From positions 2,418,001 through 2,482,000 of the forward strand of contig SMSO01000033.1 of assembly GCA_004764695.1 (NCBI GenBank): a stretch of DNA of 64,000 nt, written 5' to 3'. The position numbers and the translations under genes were made by a program. Below are positions 12,501-22,593 of this stretch, piece by piece. Source of the stretch: Schizochytrium sp. TIO01. Taxonomy: Eukaryota > Protista > Bigyra: Labyrinthulomycetes. Position 1 is the first letter of the stretch, and every line of letters begins with the position of its first letter. The notes beneath the pieces were generated by a model. The model saw nothing but the letters and a program-made list of their open reading frames with translations, ran no database searches and was not told the DNA's origin.

Positions 12501-14253
12501 ACCCATGCGCCATTATTCTTACTTCAACAAGGTTGTAGTAAACCCCATCAAACGCAATGGCTATGTGGGCGAGGGTCGCATGGCCATGAAACTTCTTCGT
12601 GATGACGTTCTCGCCAAAATCATGCTACGGCGAACCAAGAAGGAGCGTCAAGCTGATATCAAGCTACCCCCTTGCACAGTGGAGGTTCGTAACCTCAAAT
12701 TCACTGAGCATGAACGTGACTTTTATGAAAGTGTTTACAAGAATACACGTGCCAAGTTTGATACCTATGTTGGCAAAGGTACCGTTCTGCATAACTATGC
12801 TCATATTTTTGAGCTCCTCTCCCGCCTTCGCAGAGCAGCTGATCACCCATATTTGGTGGTCCATGGTGCTGGTGACGACCCTTTCGGCACCAGCAAGGCT
12901 GCTGGTGACCGTACCAAGCGAACTGATATCTGTGGTATTTGTCAGTTTGACATTGAAACTCTTGAAGAGGTTGCCGTTTCACAATGTAAGCACACTTTCC
13001 ACCGAAACTGTGTGGACGACTTCATTGCCAAATTCCAAGGAAGTAACAACAACGACGACGACGACGACGATGATGATGATCCTGTTAATCAAGACTCAGG
13101 TTGGGTCCTTGATCACGATGGAATGCACAAGGAAAAGGCTCAAAAGAAGAAACCCAAGTCTAAGCCCAAAGCTAAGGGAGGGAGAAATAAGAAGGGAGAA
13201 AAGCCTAATGCAAATATTGACGACACGGTTCCCAACTGCCCGCTCTGCTATGTACCACTGAGTATCACCCTTAACTTAAAGGGTGGGACAGAAGCCAATC
13301 AAGGTTTAGTTGACGGAGCCGGCAATGTGGAAGATGATGTATGCGTCGTATGTATGGACCGCCAACGTGACGCTTTGCTTCTACCTTGCGGCCATATCTA
13401 CCTTTGTATGCAATGTGCAAGGGGTCTCGATAATCGAGTTTGTCCCATGTGCCGGACTCCAATCACACGGGTGACCCGCGTGGATCCCAACGTCGATGAC
13501 CACACTAAAGATGCTGTGGTTAAGGAAATCATCAAGTCCGATCAATTAGCATCAGATAGTGCCGAACCTCCGACTGGAAGCGAAGCAATGGCTATCAAGA
13601 CAGAATCTGCCTTTGCGAAAACTGATGATGTTGTTCTTCGCACTGCTCAGAAGGCAAGTGCCCTGATTGGACGTCGTAGTATCATGCAACGTATAAACAC
13701 ACGCAAATTCAGCTCCAGCACAAAGGTAGATGCAGTCGTAGAGGAGGTCAAGGGAATGCTGAAAGATGAGCGCAAGGACTGCAGCGAACCTAACAAAGCA
13801 ATCGTGTTCTCACAGTACAATGACATGCTCGATCTTATTCAATGGCGTTTGTTCTCTGAGGGGATTGTTACTGTTAAACTTGTGGGCGCACTTTCAATGA
13901 TGGAACGTCGCGCGGTTCTTGAGGCTTTCAAGACAAAGGATGAAGTCCGCGTCATTTTGCTGAGTTTAAAAGCAGGTGGCGAGGGTCTCAACCTAACGGA
14001 AGCCTCCCATGTGTTTTTATGCGATCCATGGTGGAACCAGGCTGTAAGTGATCAAGCAGTCATGCGCTGCCATCGCATTGGACAAAAGCGTTCAGTGAAA
14101 GCTGTACACTTTGTAATTGCAAATTCGATTGAGCAGAAGATGATGCAGCTGCAAGAAAAGAAGTCTCTTATCTTTGAGGGTGCTGTAGATGGCAACTCTG
14201 CTGCAATGACCAAACTCACTGAAGAGGACTTGCGCTTCCTCTTCTCAAGATAA
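9595..14253 (+). CDS. RAD16: RAD16/RAD5-like SNF2-family ATPase with N-terminal PARP-type zinc finger and two RING fingers
   Basis: LLPFQQEG, GGLLCDEMGMGKT, VLDEAH, LSGTPLQN, IVFSQY, SLKAGGEGLNL, DPWWN, RCHRIGQ; PARP-type finger EYAKSSRAKCRFC...SWRHPKCF; RINGs CGIC..CKHTFH..C...CPLC and CVVCMD..PCGHIYLCMQC..CPMCR. Confidence 0.85.
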   Translation: MVQLTIDAGGHWVVAQDGDHVYRARTEYAKSSRAKCRFCSEAIMKDTLRVGKAVKWADWITSWRHPKCFYVEDGDGPISDEETFGMEILQEEDKEAARVALSRLKPPVVDESLNPENPDFVKHTVKAKAETPARMTTKLLPFQQEGLRWLLDQEMSEIGGGLLCDEMGMGKTIQTLSLIVASKYGEAAPMEDESKRVKKGPTLVVTPSSAMLQWKDEVENVTQDNTLSVLVYYGSNRGALTPEDLRKHDIVLTSYPILEYEYRRCVDRCKVECKYCHKRFLPRKLIVHNQYFCGPNSKRSAKLALRDKKETAAKKQRAMDKAMATLDIINNGANEDASSGKGNAANGKGKGRGKAARKHSLPTMTNIYRDLMEEANREPTGFYSSKEEAQRQAAASMRKREIKKETNPASDNNSKSDARSTEEAGSDDFEEETNVRERRNLWATDDGSFFFYKHKGKTWGCNAGITLTGLRTSPVVLQSTNTNGVDSFQVKFLNGAGAAQLSIDNGETWSNWVNGRWITPKKGRLNVDERKEGWQSSGPKMGALLARTFDKKTILAAIVAHAPAEDTADDEESPALWRIEHTDGDEEDLEVIEVKEAEQLFSQAFAPSTVVSTTLAKPLISALEALSQDTAPLAKSKGRRASAAAANKKMKAKKAATAKKAKKGDEDDEDADGGSDSDFEPKSSSDDNGDDDEGDEDNEDNADGSEDVDEDSDEKPKILDLKPCFRPVEWGPGSKDAKFLALFKTHFSTKTGKSKKVKAKKRKRKANARSATPSKSSKGAKGASAKSVPGPKAKGKILDESSEESDFESSDSSDEEDEIDAGLGVDLQEAKDRCEGDLFWFAPPGDIVDDDGIDMGSSILHCIGWNRIVLDEAHKIKDRVNSTAKAVLALRGTPVVDLDKRWPDGGPCHRWCLSGTPLQNRVGDLYSLVRFLRVDPYAFYLCKVAGCECRSLHWAMGRGGRVCDGCGHPPMRHYSYFNKVVVNPIKRNGYVGEGRMAMKLLRDDVLAKIMLRRTKKERQADIKLPPCTVEVRNLKFTEHERDFYESVYKNTRAKFDTYVGKGTVLHNYAHIFELLSRLRRAADHPYLVVHGAGDDPFGTSKAAGDRTKRTDICGICQFDIETLEEVAVSQCKHTFHRNCVDDFIAKFQGSNNNDDDDDDDDDPVNQDSGWVLDHDGMHKEKAQKKKPKSKPKAKGGRNKKGEKPNANIDDTVPNCPLCYVPLSITLNLKGGTEANQGLVDGAGNVEDDVCVVCMDRQRDALLLPCGHIYLCMQCARGLDNRVCPMCRTPITRVTRVDPNVDDHTKDAVVKEIIKSDQLASDSAEPPTGSEAMAIKTESAFAKTDDVVLRTAQKASALIGRRSIMQRINTRKFSSSTKVDAVVEEVKGMLKDERKDCSEPNKAIVFSQYNDMLDLIQWRLFSEGIVTVKLVGALSMMERRAVLEAFKTKDEVRVILLSLKAGGEGLNLTEASHVFLCDPWWNQAVSDQAVMRCHRIGQKRSVKAVHFVIANSIEQKMMQLQEKKSLIFEGAVDGNSAAMTKLTEEDLRFLFSR

Positions 14254-14569
14254 ATTTAGTATCTAGACTTGGCATAAAAATCTTAGCCTTTCCTATTGTT
14301 ATCTCGTTCTTGCATTTGTTGTGGTGACAATTTGTGACCGCAAATGCTGCTACAAACTTTCGAGTCTCTTCATGCTCAGCCGTGCACGTTGCGTTGATTA
14401 CTAATAAGGATCCTCAAAATAGGAGAAAATTACTAATTTTTTTGAAAAAAAGAAAGCTAATTGGTGCAATTATTTAAAATTGATTGAACCTTTGTCAAAA
14501 CATTGCACAACTAGACTGGCACAATTTGCTTTAGGTCATTTTGTGAGGAAATTTAGGTGTTAGATGCTT

Positions 14570-16174
14570 TTAGCTAATGCAGACGAAGAATGCAGAACGG
14601 TAGAGACCACTGCGACTCCAGATAGGTTTTACTTGAGCACCAGTAGGGCAGCGTTCGCTTGCGATGCTGGCAGTATCGAATTCTTCGTCATACTCGGTTT
14701 CAGATACATCTACAGCCAAGAAGTATTTGTGAGTAGTACCGTCGGAGAAATCAATAGACTTGCGCCAGATCCAGACGTGCTGCCCGGTGCTCTCGTAGTC
14801 ACTGTCATCAAGGACACGAGCTCCAGAGTCGCCAGACCACATTTCGTTAATGCCAAGAATAGTAGAGTTTTGCAAAACAGAAATGATATCGTTGTCGCAC
14901 TGGCTCAAGTCAGTTGACAGAAAAAGCGGCTGCGAAGCAATAACCCAAAGACCAACGTGTGCATACTCAAGGTTTTTCGTCATCGGAGTTGGGGCAGTCT
15001 CGGAAGCTTGAGGTTTGAACTCGTTGTTGTCAAAATCATAGTTGCAGACCTCAAGAGCATCTCCATATGTCCAGCCAAATGAAGGACTAGCTTCGTCATT
15101 GAGAGGAGCAAAGGCTTCTGCTTGTCCAAAGATACGCGCAGCCCAAGGGCGAATATCAACCCAAGTACGATGGTAATCCGCAATGTAGGGGCAGTAGCTT
15201 GCAAAAGTAGAGGTGTCGTCCGGTGTGGTTAATCTATCAGCACCGGACTGGATGTTATTACATGCGTAGCGGCAGTTTTCAATCATCAAATTGGGGTAAA
15301 TGCTGTTTCGCATAGTTGCCCAATAAGTGATAACGTCCTTTGCGGGACTCATAGGTAGGGTGCTAGAGCTATCGCATTGGTCAAGCTTGAGAATGTCAAT
15401 TCCCCAAGATGCATATGTTGCCAAATCATTTTGCACCTGCGCCTTAAACTTCGTGGAACTCGAGCTTCGTACAGTACTGAGGCTGTCTGAGCAGGTCTTA
15501 ACTCCTCCTGCGGTGTACCAGGACACCCGAAAGCCCTTTGCGTGAACCTCGTCTACGTAAGATTTGATACCCGCAGGAAAACACTCCGTGTATTCCGGCA
15601 ACGTAGATTTGGCGGTGTACGCGCCGCCAGAGGTGAGGTCCGAACGCCATACATTGGTGCCATCTGTAGTGTTTTGAAATGTACACAACCCATCTGCATG
15701 GATAACGTCATAACCGGCGTCAAGAAAGCCCAGGTTGACCATTTGCTTGACTTGGCCCATAATTCGGTCGTACGTAGCATTTTTATAAAATGCGTTCCAT
15801 GAACTCCATCCTCGGGTCGGCGCAACATTGTAGACAAAGGTAGCAGAGTTGGTGATGGCACTCTTGGTTGATTCACAGAGTGTAAAAACTTTACAAAGAC
15901 CCGTGTTGTAGTTCACCCAGAAGCTTTTGCCCTTAAACTTTTCCTTCATAAAGGCTGCACACTCCTGTTCCAGAGTGCTGTAGTCTTCGTCGGTTGGGCT
16001 GCTAGGGAGGCTGAAGGTTGTCTTACCAAGTGGCGAGCCTGTACAGACTACAGCGCTTGTCTTGAGCATCTTGGTAGCAACGTCAAATTCCAGGGAGGGA
16101 ACAACAGCTTCAGTTGCACATGAAACCTCGAGAGAGGCTAAAATGCATGCAGCTATAAAAGCAAGAGCCCGCAT
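14570..16174 (-). CDS. Secreted glycoside hydrolase family 27 (alpha-galactosidase/NAGA-like)
   Basis: Signal peptide; PTRGWSSWNAF, FPAGIKSYVDEVHAKG, YASWGIDILKLDQC (nucleophile Asp), HRTWVDI (acid/base Asp), LWVIASQPLFLSTDL. Confidence 0.85.
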   Translation of the reverse strand: MRALAFIAACILASLEVSCATEAVVPSLEFDVATKMLKTSAVVCTGSPLGKTTFSLPSSPTDEDYSTLEQECAAFMKEKFKGKSFWVNYNTGLCKVFTLCESTKSAITNSATFVYNVAPTRGWSSWNAFYKNATYDRIMGQVKQMVNLGFLDAGYDVIHADGLCTFQNTTDGTNVWRSDLTSGGAYTAKSTLPEYTECFPAGIKSYVDEVHAKGFRVSWYTAGGVKTCSDSLSTVRSSSSTKFKAQVQNDLATYASWGIDILKLDQCDSSSTLPMSPAKDVITYWATMRNSIYPNLMIENCRYACNNIQSGADRLTTPDDTSTFASYCPYIADYHRTWVDIRPWAARIFGQAEAFAPLNDEASPSFGWTYGDALEVCNYDFDNNEFKPQASETAPTPMTKNLEYAHVGLWVIASQPLFLSTDLSQCDNDIISVLQNSTILGINEMWSGDSGARVLDDSDYESTGQHVWIWRKSIDFSDGTTHKYFLAVDVSETEYDEEFDTASIASERCPTGAQVKPIWSRSGLYRSAFFVCIS

Positions 16175-18429
16175 GGTTGAGCTTGGTATCGTGTTTTCGG
16201 AATGCTTGGTTAAACGAGTTCGAGATTTGGTGATGACTTGGTGATGTCTAACGCGATCAACTGTGACTCTGTAGAGGCATGCGAGAAAGAGAGGTGTGAG
16301 GAAGATGAGAAATAATTTGGCGAGTTGAACCAGTTAATCTTCAGTGTGACAAGAGTATGAGGAGTACGAATAGGTATCACTGAAGATCCCCCCAGACAAT
16401 TCAAAGTCAAAGAAGTGCTTGTAGTAGGAGGAGATGAAATATTGAACACTCGATGAATAATAGGAGGTAGAGTACTTCCTCTGTGCCTACTGAAAAAGAC
16501 TAATGAGCTGCGGCCACATATAACACCAGATAAAATATATGATATAGTGTAATCTTGCTACTAAATTAGCATTTTTTGTTCCCCTCTGACTATAGTTGTC
16601 GATAGCATTACACAGAATTAAGATTCCAGCATGTTAAAAAAACTTTTAACAAGCTCTCGCAATCCAGTCCAATTCTTCAAATTCTCAAAATCAAAATATT
16701 GTTGCATGTTGAACCTAAATTTCTAAGCATTGGCAAAGTATTTTTTTTCTGCAGCTTGATTTCTCGGAGTTCAGACTGGAAAGTAATAAGGAGCACACCG
16801 CGGCTGTAATAATAGCTGACTTTCCAAATTCTTAGTGTTTATGAATGAACTAACAATTTCGAAGGTACTAATTTCTTTCCTGTTTTGCCTCCTTTCATCA
16901 TCTCTTTATCTAGATTGCTTATTTTGCTCAATTTGTATCTAGCACGTTTATTCTAAGTGTCCCTGGCTCGTGCCTGGCTCGTGGGGTTATAACAAAGAAA
17001 TTCCCTTAAATCAGAAGATCAATTCTTAGTAATGCATATGAATAACACGAAGAAGAAGAAGACTCAAGGTATCTTCATACTATTAGTTATGTTTCGAGAT
17101 GCCAGAAACATGGCGAAATGATTTTGACTGTTCATCCTATTTCTCTCTTTCCTCTTTAATTCCATGATAAAAACAAAATTGAATTTACAGGATAGCCTGA
17201 ATCTCGCTTTGTTTTTGTTTGCGATGAGCCGTAGTAGTCACCTAAGACGACTAGACAAATTTATGACCACACAATTGTTCCTTTTACAATAACCCACGGG
17301 AATCTCTTTGAGGGAGGAATCATTTTCTGCGACTTACAGGATCCTGACAATTTTTCCTTATTCTTGATCCTTCTGGTACGTTGTGTTACAATAAGATCAT
17401 CCTTTGGAGATGTCGAAAACGCGGTATGAAAAACACGCAACATTAATAGACAGTACGTACCTCCTTTCTTCCCGAAGGCGAGAGCAGCTTAGAGTAGGAT
17501 GAGATTATGCTTCCCTGCTTCTGATCCTTCCCGCGATTTGACTTTCGGAGAAAAGTGAGAAAAAGAAACCAACTAGTAGGAAAATATCTAAAACTTGATT
17601 AGTTCTTTTCCTCACGTTAAGATAAATTTACTTGCCTTTCTTGAAGTGGCTCTACAAAAGGATTTACAACTACTACTCACTAGTAACCAAGGAAGACAAT
17701 TTTGATAAGAAAAGCCCATCTGCAATAATTCTTTATTTCCGTGAATCCGAGTGAGCGATATACTGCTATAGAGGAGTAGCCGCCTTCAAAAGTTTGTACT
17801 TTCTTTCTTTTCTTTCAGCCGTAAAGACTAAATAGAATCCATTCTATTCTCGTCTTGGTGAGGCAGTGAGCCTATTTTAACTCATGGCGTAGATCCAATC
17901 TAATTCTTTCATTCATTGATAGCCTGACGATTTCAAAGCACGTGTGCTTGTTTTATACGATTGCGAAGGGGTTACTGAATGGAATCTCAAAACAATTGGA
18001 AGAACTCTCAAAACAATCGAATCATGTTGGCTGCAAAATTCAGATTCTTGAATATCACTTGCAACTTGGGTTATGACGATGCTATTGTTTCGCCTAAGAA
18101 AAGGTGTGCTAACTAGTCTGAGTCGTTTTGAATAAAAAATCATCCATTATATATATGTATATCCTAGATATTTTAATTTAATTCTAATTTTTAAAAATAA
18201 TAGGCATATAGGCTAGGCTTATAGTTGATTAAATTCTTCTGAACAAATATTCGTACTTAAGCTTTTCAGTGTATATAACCTTTGTCTAGACTTGATTTGG
18301 ACTCAGGCCGGAATTTTTTTAGGTATTGGCAAAAAGATATCAGCCAACTTTAAACCTTTTCCACAATACTAATCTCGTGGCCCGGACATGCTGGACTTCT
18401 TCTGTAATCTCGGTTCGATATGGAAGATA

Positions 18430-18590
18430 CTGGACTTCAAATTGTACTGGAGTGCGGAACGTCACTAATCTACCACTCCACAGAATAAACCTTACAGGGC
18501 TGAAACGCAAGTTGCATGACTCCATTTCTAACCTCCTAAAACATTGAGTATCTGCATGATGACCAATCAATCGCATTGAGAACGACAAAA
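18430..18590 (+). pseudogene. Degenerate plant-type extracellular LRR gene fragment
   Basis: NCTGVRNVTNLPLHRINLTG..KLHDSISNLLK, then after frameshifts EYLH...NRIE; resembles the LRR N-cap plus L.L..N.LTG.LP.SI.NL..L..L. Confidence 0.4.
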
Positions 18591-21015
18591 GATAAAACCT
18601 AATAACTTCGCATGTCATATACTCTTATGAAAGTGCATGAGGTTAAAAATAGATATTTGGCATGACTTGATCTCTTATCATTTCTCCCTGTCTCGACACC
18701 CAAGATATGGTAAAGTAAGGGAGCTTATGCTATATTTTAGCAGAGCCATGCGAAGAAAAAGCAAGATTAAATGGATAATCATATAAAAGAGTGCATTCCA
18801 GCGAGGGAAGGGAATACAATCAGATGATGATTTGGAAGTGAAGTTGATTAGGCCTGTGGAGCGCTGAAAACACAATTTTCACCAGTCAGCCCTGAAAACA
18901 ACTGCACCACCAAGTCCCTGGCCTTTTCAACCTCTTCCAACCGACAAGTGAAATCACAAAGTACTAGGGATCTTACGATTTTAGTTAAATTTAATGTTAT
19001 TCTATTTCTCCCTTCTAGGCACTCGAACAGGCAGTGATCTAGTTGCTGAGGTGCCCACCGCGGCAGACATATTGTTTTCTCTTAGAACTAGTTAATCAAA
19101 GTTTTGCTGCGTTTTAGCTCAAAGCAAGCGGTTCTAGCCAATAACAAGTGCTGGCGAGGCTAAAGAAGTTAAGGGATGATCTACAATTTATGCAGCACCT
19201 GCAAAGTTCAGCTGTCTTTCCTGAAATAAAGAAGGTTCAAAATTGGCTTTATCAATGGAGGATGGGTGCCAGAGGCCATTATATCAAGTATGGTACTGAT
19301 CATGAGCGAGGGACGGCATGGGTGCGGGGGGCTCCTTTAAGCCATAACCTACTGAAAATACAACATACTACAAATCTCATGCAAATCACTCTTTAAAGCA
19401 ATAAAATTAATGAAGACCAGCCGGCGGCTACATTTTAATGTCATCCGAATACCCGACGCACCAGAAAGAAACACTTGGTGTAAAAGGCCTGTAACTTTGT
19501 TACTGGTATAGTTTTTTTAAATGAAGAACCAAAAAATTCCTTTGACATATCTAGAAGGAGCAAAATCTGATGAAATGGAAAATTTAATAGTTTGGTGTTT
19601 GTGCAAAGCATTTGCACATGGCAAGAGGTGGGAAACATGCAATTTAAGATCAGCTATCAAGAAAAATACATCAAAACAAGAAGCAGTGACACTCCTCGAT
19701 TTATTAAAGAGCACTCGCTATTAAGATCGCGTGCAGTCTTAGACTTGCGGCTAGCAGGATTAGACGTGTGTTTGACACACATGTCAAAAACCTTTTAAGA
19801 GAATGCAGCCATCGGTGCCATAATCGATGTTTGTCGAGAGCCCGTGTGAAAGCTATTATATAGAACGTCCATAAAGCATGATGAAGTCATAATCCTATTA
19901 AAATTGTGCTTCTTTCTACAATCCATGTAGCTAAAATTGAAAATAGATAAATAAAAATAAACTAATCGCTTACTTCACAAGCAAAACTCCCCTTTCTTGA
20001 ATATCTCGATAGAAGTGAATATTGTCGATCTTGTCTCCACTAGTCAACTTCTTGGTTGGCAAGCTCCGACTGTCAGTAATACAGGACCAAGTAAATTTAG
20101 ATATATTGCCTCCTTTAGTAGCCTTAAAAAGAAAGAAAGAAAGAAAAACTTGGAAAGTTTTCATTTACCCTTTTATCATAGTTTCAGAAAGTTAACTTTG
20201 TGAAGTACATTTAGGTCAGATAAAAACATTCTATTTAAAACTGGATTGTAACAAGGAGAAGAAGAAAGGAACGCAACGCAAACAAGGCTTTCAACAGGAT
20301 TTAGAGTTGATAGAAAACCTCAGTGATTTTTAATATAACTGCCGAAGCAAAATTAGAGCTTGTCTTTGCTGGCCTCAGTTTGAACAAATAATTGGAAAGT
20401 CGAACCAAGATCCTGGGAACACCATGCGTGAGTAGAGAAATGTTTACACAAAATACTATTTATGGGCATTGTTACTTCTTGATACGTCATTGGGTAATGA
20501 GGATAGTTGAGAAATGTTGCAAATTGCACTACGATGTATAGGGTGGTTCTATAAAAGCCCAGGCGACTTGTCTTTTTCATGAGGAAACTCGTATCTGCAT
20601 AAATTCTCCATAGTTCAGCGCTTGAGAAAGTGTAGCGCGATTGAAAGTACTGAATTAGATATTAAGATTTCCTGAGTTTGCACTAGCTTAGTTTTACACT
20701 GTTCCATGGTCAATTTTTGTTTTCCGTGTCTGTTTTTTGTTTAAAATTAAAATAAAATATCCTACTTTGGTAGAAAAATTGAAAAGTGGCATCCCCAGGA
20801 TCAGTTTCTCGATCTTCTCAGCTACCTTTATACGTATGGTCTCTCTGCAAATAGACGCTTACACCTTGATCTTTCTATATATATTGGTTATCCAACTTCA
20901 AAATAAAATATTCAATAGAAGATTAAACTGCACTTATAAAAACGTTATAGCATATAGCTGATATAACCACCAAATGCTAGTTTATATACTCTATGATTAT
21001 TTAGGTTAAGAAGTA

Positions 21016-21365
21016 GAGCTGAGGTAAGAAAATGGCATGACCAAGGAACCACCAAGCCCCAGACACTGCAAGTGAAGCACATCTTCAATACAGGCCAGCA
21101 ACCCAACTCAATTAGGAGTTTGGCGTCTCGGAAAGTATCCTTCGGGCGCTTAAGCGCATATACGCATGTGACGATGTTGAGCGCATCTATGGCTGCGGTT
21201 CGGGCGGCTGCGAACATTGCAGCACTGACCGTACCATTGTCTACGCCAGAGTGTCCTCTGCCAAGGCAAAAGACGGATTTAAACTCCAGGCTAGTGATCT
21301 CTAGCGTGGATTACCCAGTTACCTGTTGCGTCTGTAGAGACATCGGCGGCTGGGTCAGGTTCTTG
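21016..21365 (-). repeat. Dispersed repeat, copy A (decayed coding sequence)
   Basis: Aligns by eye to 54989-55332 in the same orientation, e.g. gagctgaggtaagaaaatggcatgaccaaggaaccaccaagcc vs gagcttaggtaagaaaatggcatggctaaggaaccaccaagct. Confidence 0.85.
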
Positions 21366-21449
21366 AGTACCTGTGACAACGGTAGAAGCATCCAGGTTGT
21401 GGTCATGAACTGCGACCGACTTGAGCACCTTCTCAAAACAAAAATTAAA

Positions 21450-22357
21450 AAATGTCAAAGAGCCATATCCTGGTCAGGCCAACAGTGAGGAATTAGCTGC
21501 CCAGAGAATACTTGGCATTCGCTCTTCTTACAAGTTTCGTACAAAACATGATCAAATCTAACTTTTCAAGGTCGGGTTATGAGACTGGAACAGAAGGAAA
21601 TGCAACATCGCTCTCTTTCTCAAACAGATTTCATACCCACAGGAAAAACTCTCTGACCTGACCAAGTTACCAATGCTATGTGCGTGCAAATGAATCGCCC
21701 TGCTCATGTTTACTTCTCCTTTTCGCGCATAGGAAAAGTGCGCCCAGAAATGCAGGCACCTGATGCGAACCATAGCACCATTGCCTTGGACCCAAGAGTG
21801 CGCTTATTTCAGACTCGGTGTGACGCTGACGGCCGAGCTATTGAGTGGGACACAGGAGAAGACACAATGACCATTTTTTTCTCTGCCGCAGCACCGACAA
21901 AATCCAAAGTAAACTGACTCGAAAGAAGAGTGAAAATACGTGCATTCCTGCACGCAATCCTCAAAATCAAGAACAAAACTACCGAGATTCGCCGCAAGCT
22001 TGGACTTTGGCTCTGTGGAAACTGCTTTGTAATCTTTTTCCTTAATCCGAAACTCGCAGATGGTCAGCAAGTTTCCAAGACGAATTAAAAGCAAGCCGCT
22101 TCGAATGATGTGTCGTTGGGGCCACTTTAGATTCCGTCGAGCGCCCTTTCACAAATTCGAGTTTTCCACCTGGTGTAAAATTGTTTCTTCCCGAAAGGAT
22201 CACACTTCAAAAACATGCAATGAATGTGGTGCCACAACGACAGGCTCTCGAAAAATCCAAGGTTTTCAGATGCCTCAAATCCATCCACAAAGTCAATTGT
22301 GATATCCACGTTGCGAGAGGCATCCTTTCGCGTTACCGACCCAAGGACATGAATTAA
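21450..22357 (+). mobile_element. Pseudogenised Fanzor2 / IS607-type TnpB RNA-guided nuclease
   Basis: Across frameshifts and stops: YKFRTKHDQ, DWNRRK, TIALDPRVRLFQT (RuvC-I Asp at 21789), LCRSTDKIQSKL, LKIKNKTTEIRRKLGLWLCGN, MVSKFPRRIKSKPLRMMCRWGHFRFRR, KDHTSKTCNECG, KSKVFRC, NCDIHVARGILSRY; stop at 22355-22357. Confidence 0.85.
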
Positions 22358-22593
22358 GAATAGTCTTGGAGTTGCAAGTTAGTTTTCTGACCCGCGAGCG
22401 GGCCTTTAAAGAAAAACAAGTTTTGCAAGCTTTATAGGTAATAAAATGCTAAGTCTCAGTAGTTTCATACACGGCAGCTGGAACATTGGGAACATAGCGC
22501 GTTTCAACGTACACTCTGAGGTCCCAGCTTTTGATGAAACAAAGCATCGCGGAAGACCTTTTGCAGCAAATCTCGACCCGCGGGTCATGGGGT

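Noticed and set aside
22531-22593. ORF-finder N-terminal extensions (also 37168-37179, 48237-48260, 52501-52587, 29851-29895)
   Set aside because: Mostly non-ATG starts; paralog alignment or signal-peptide position favours the downstream ATG.
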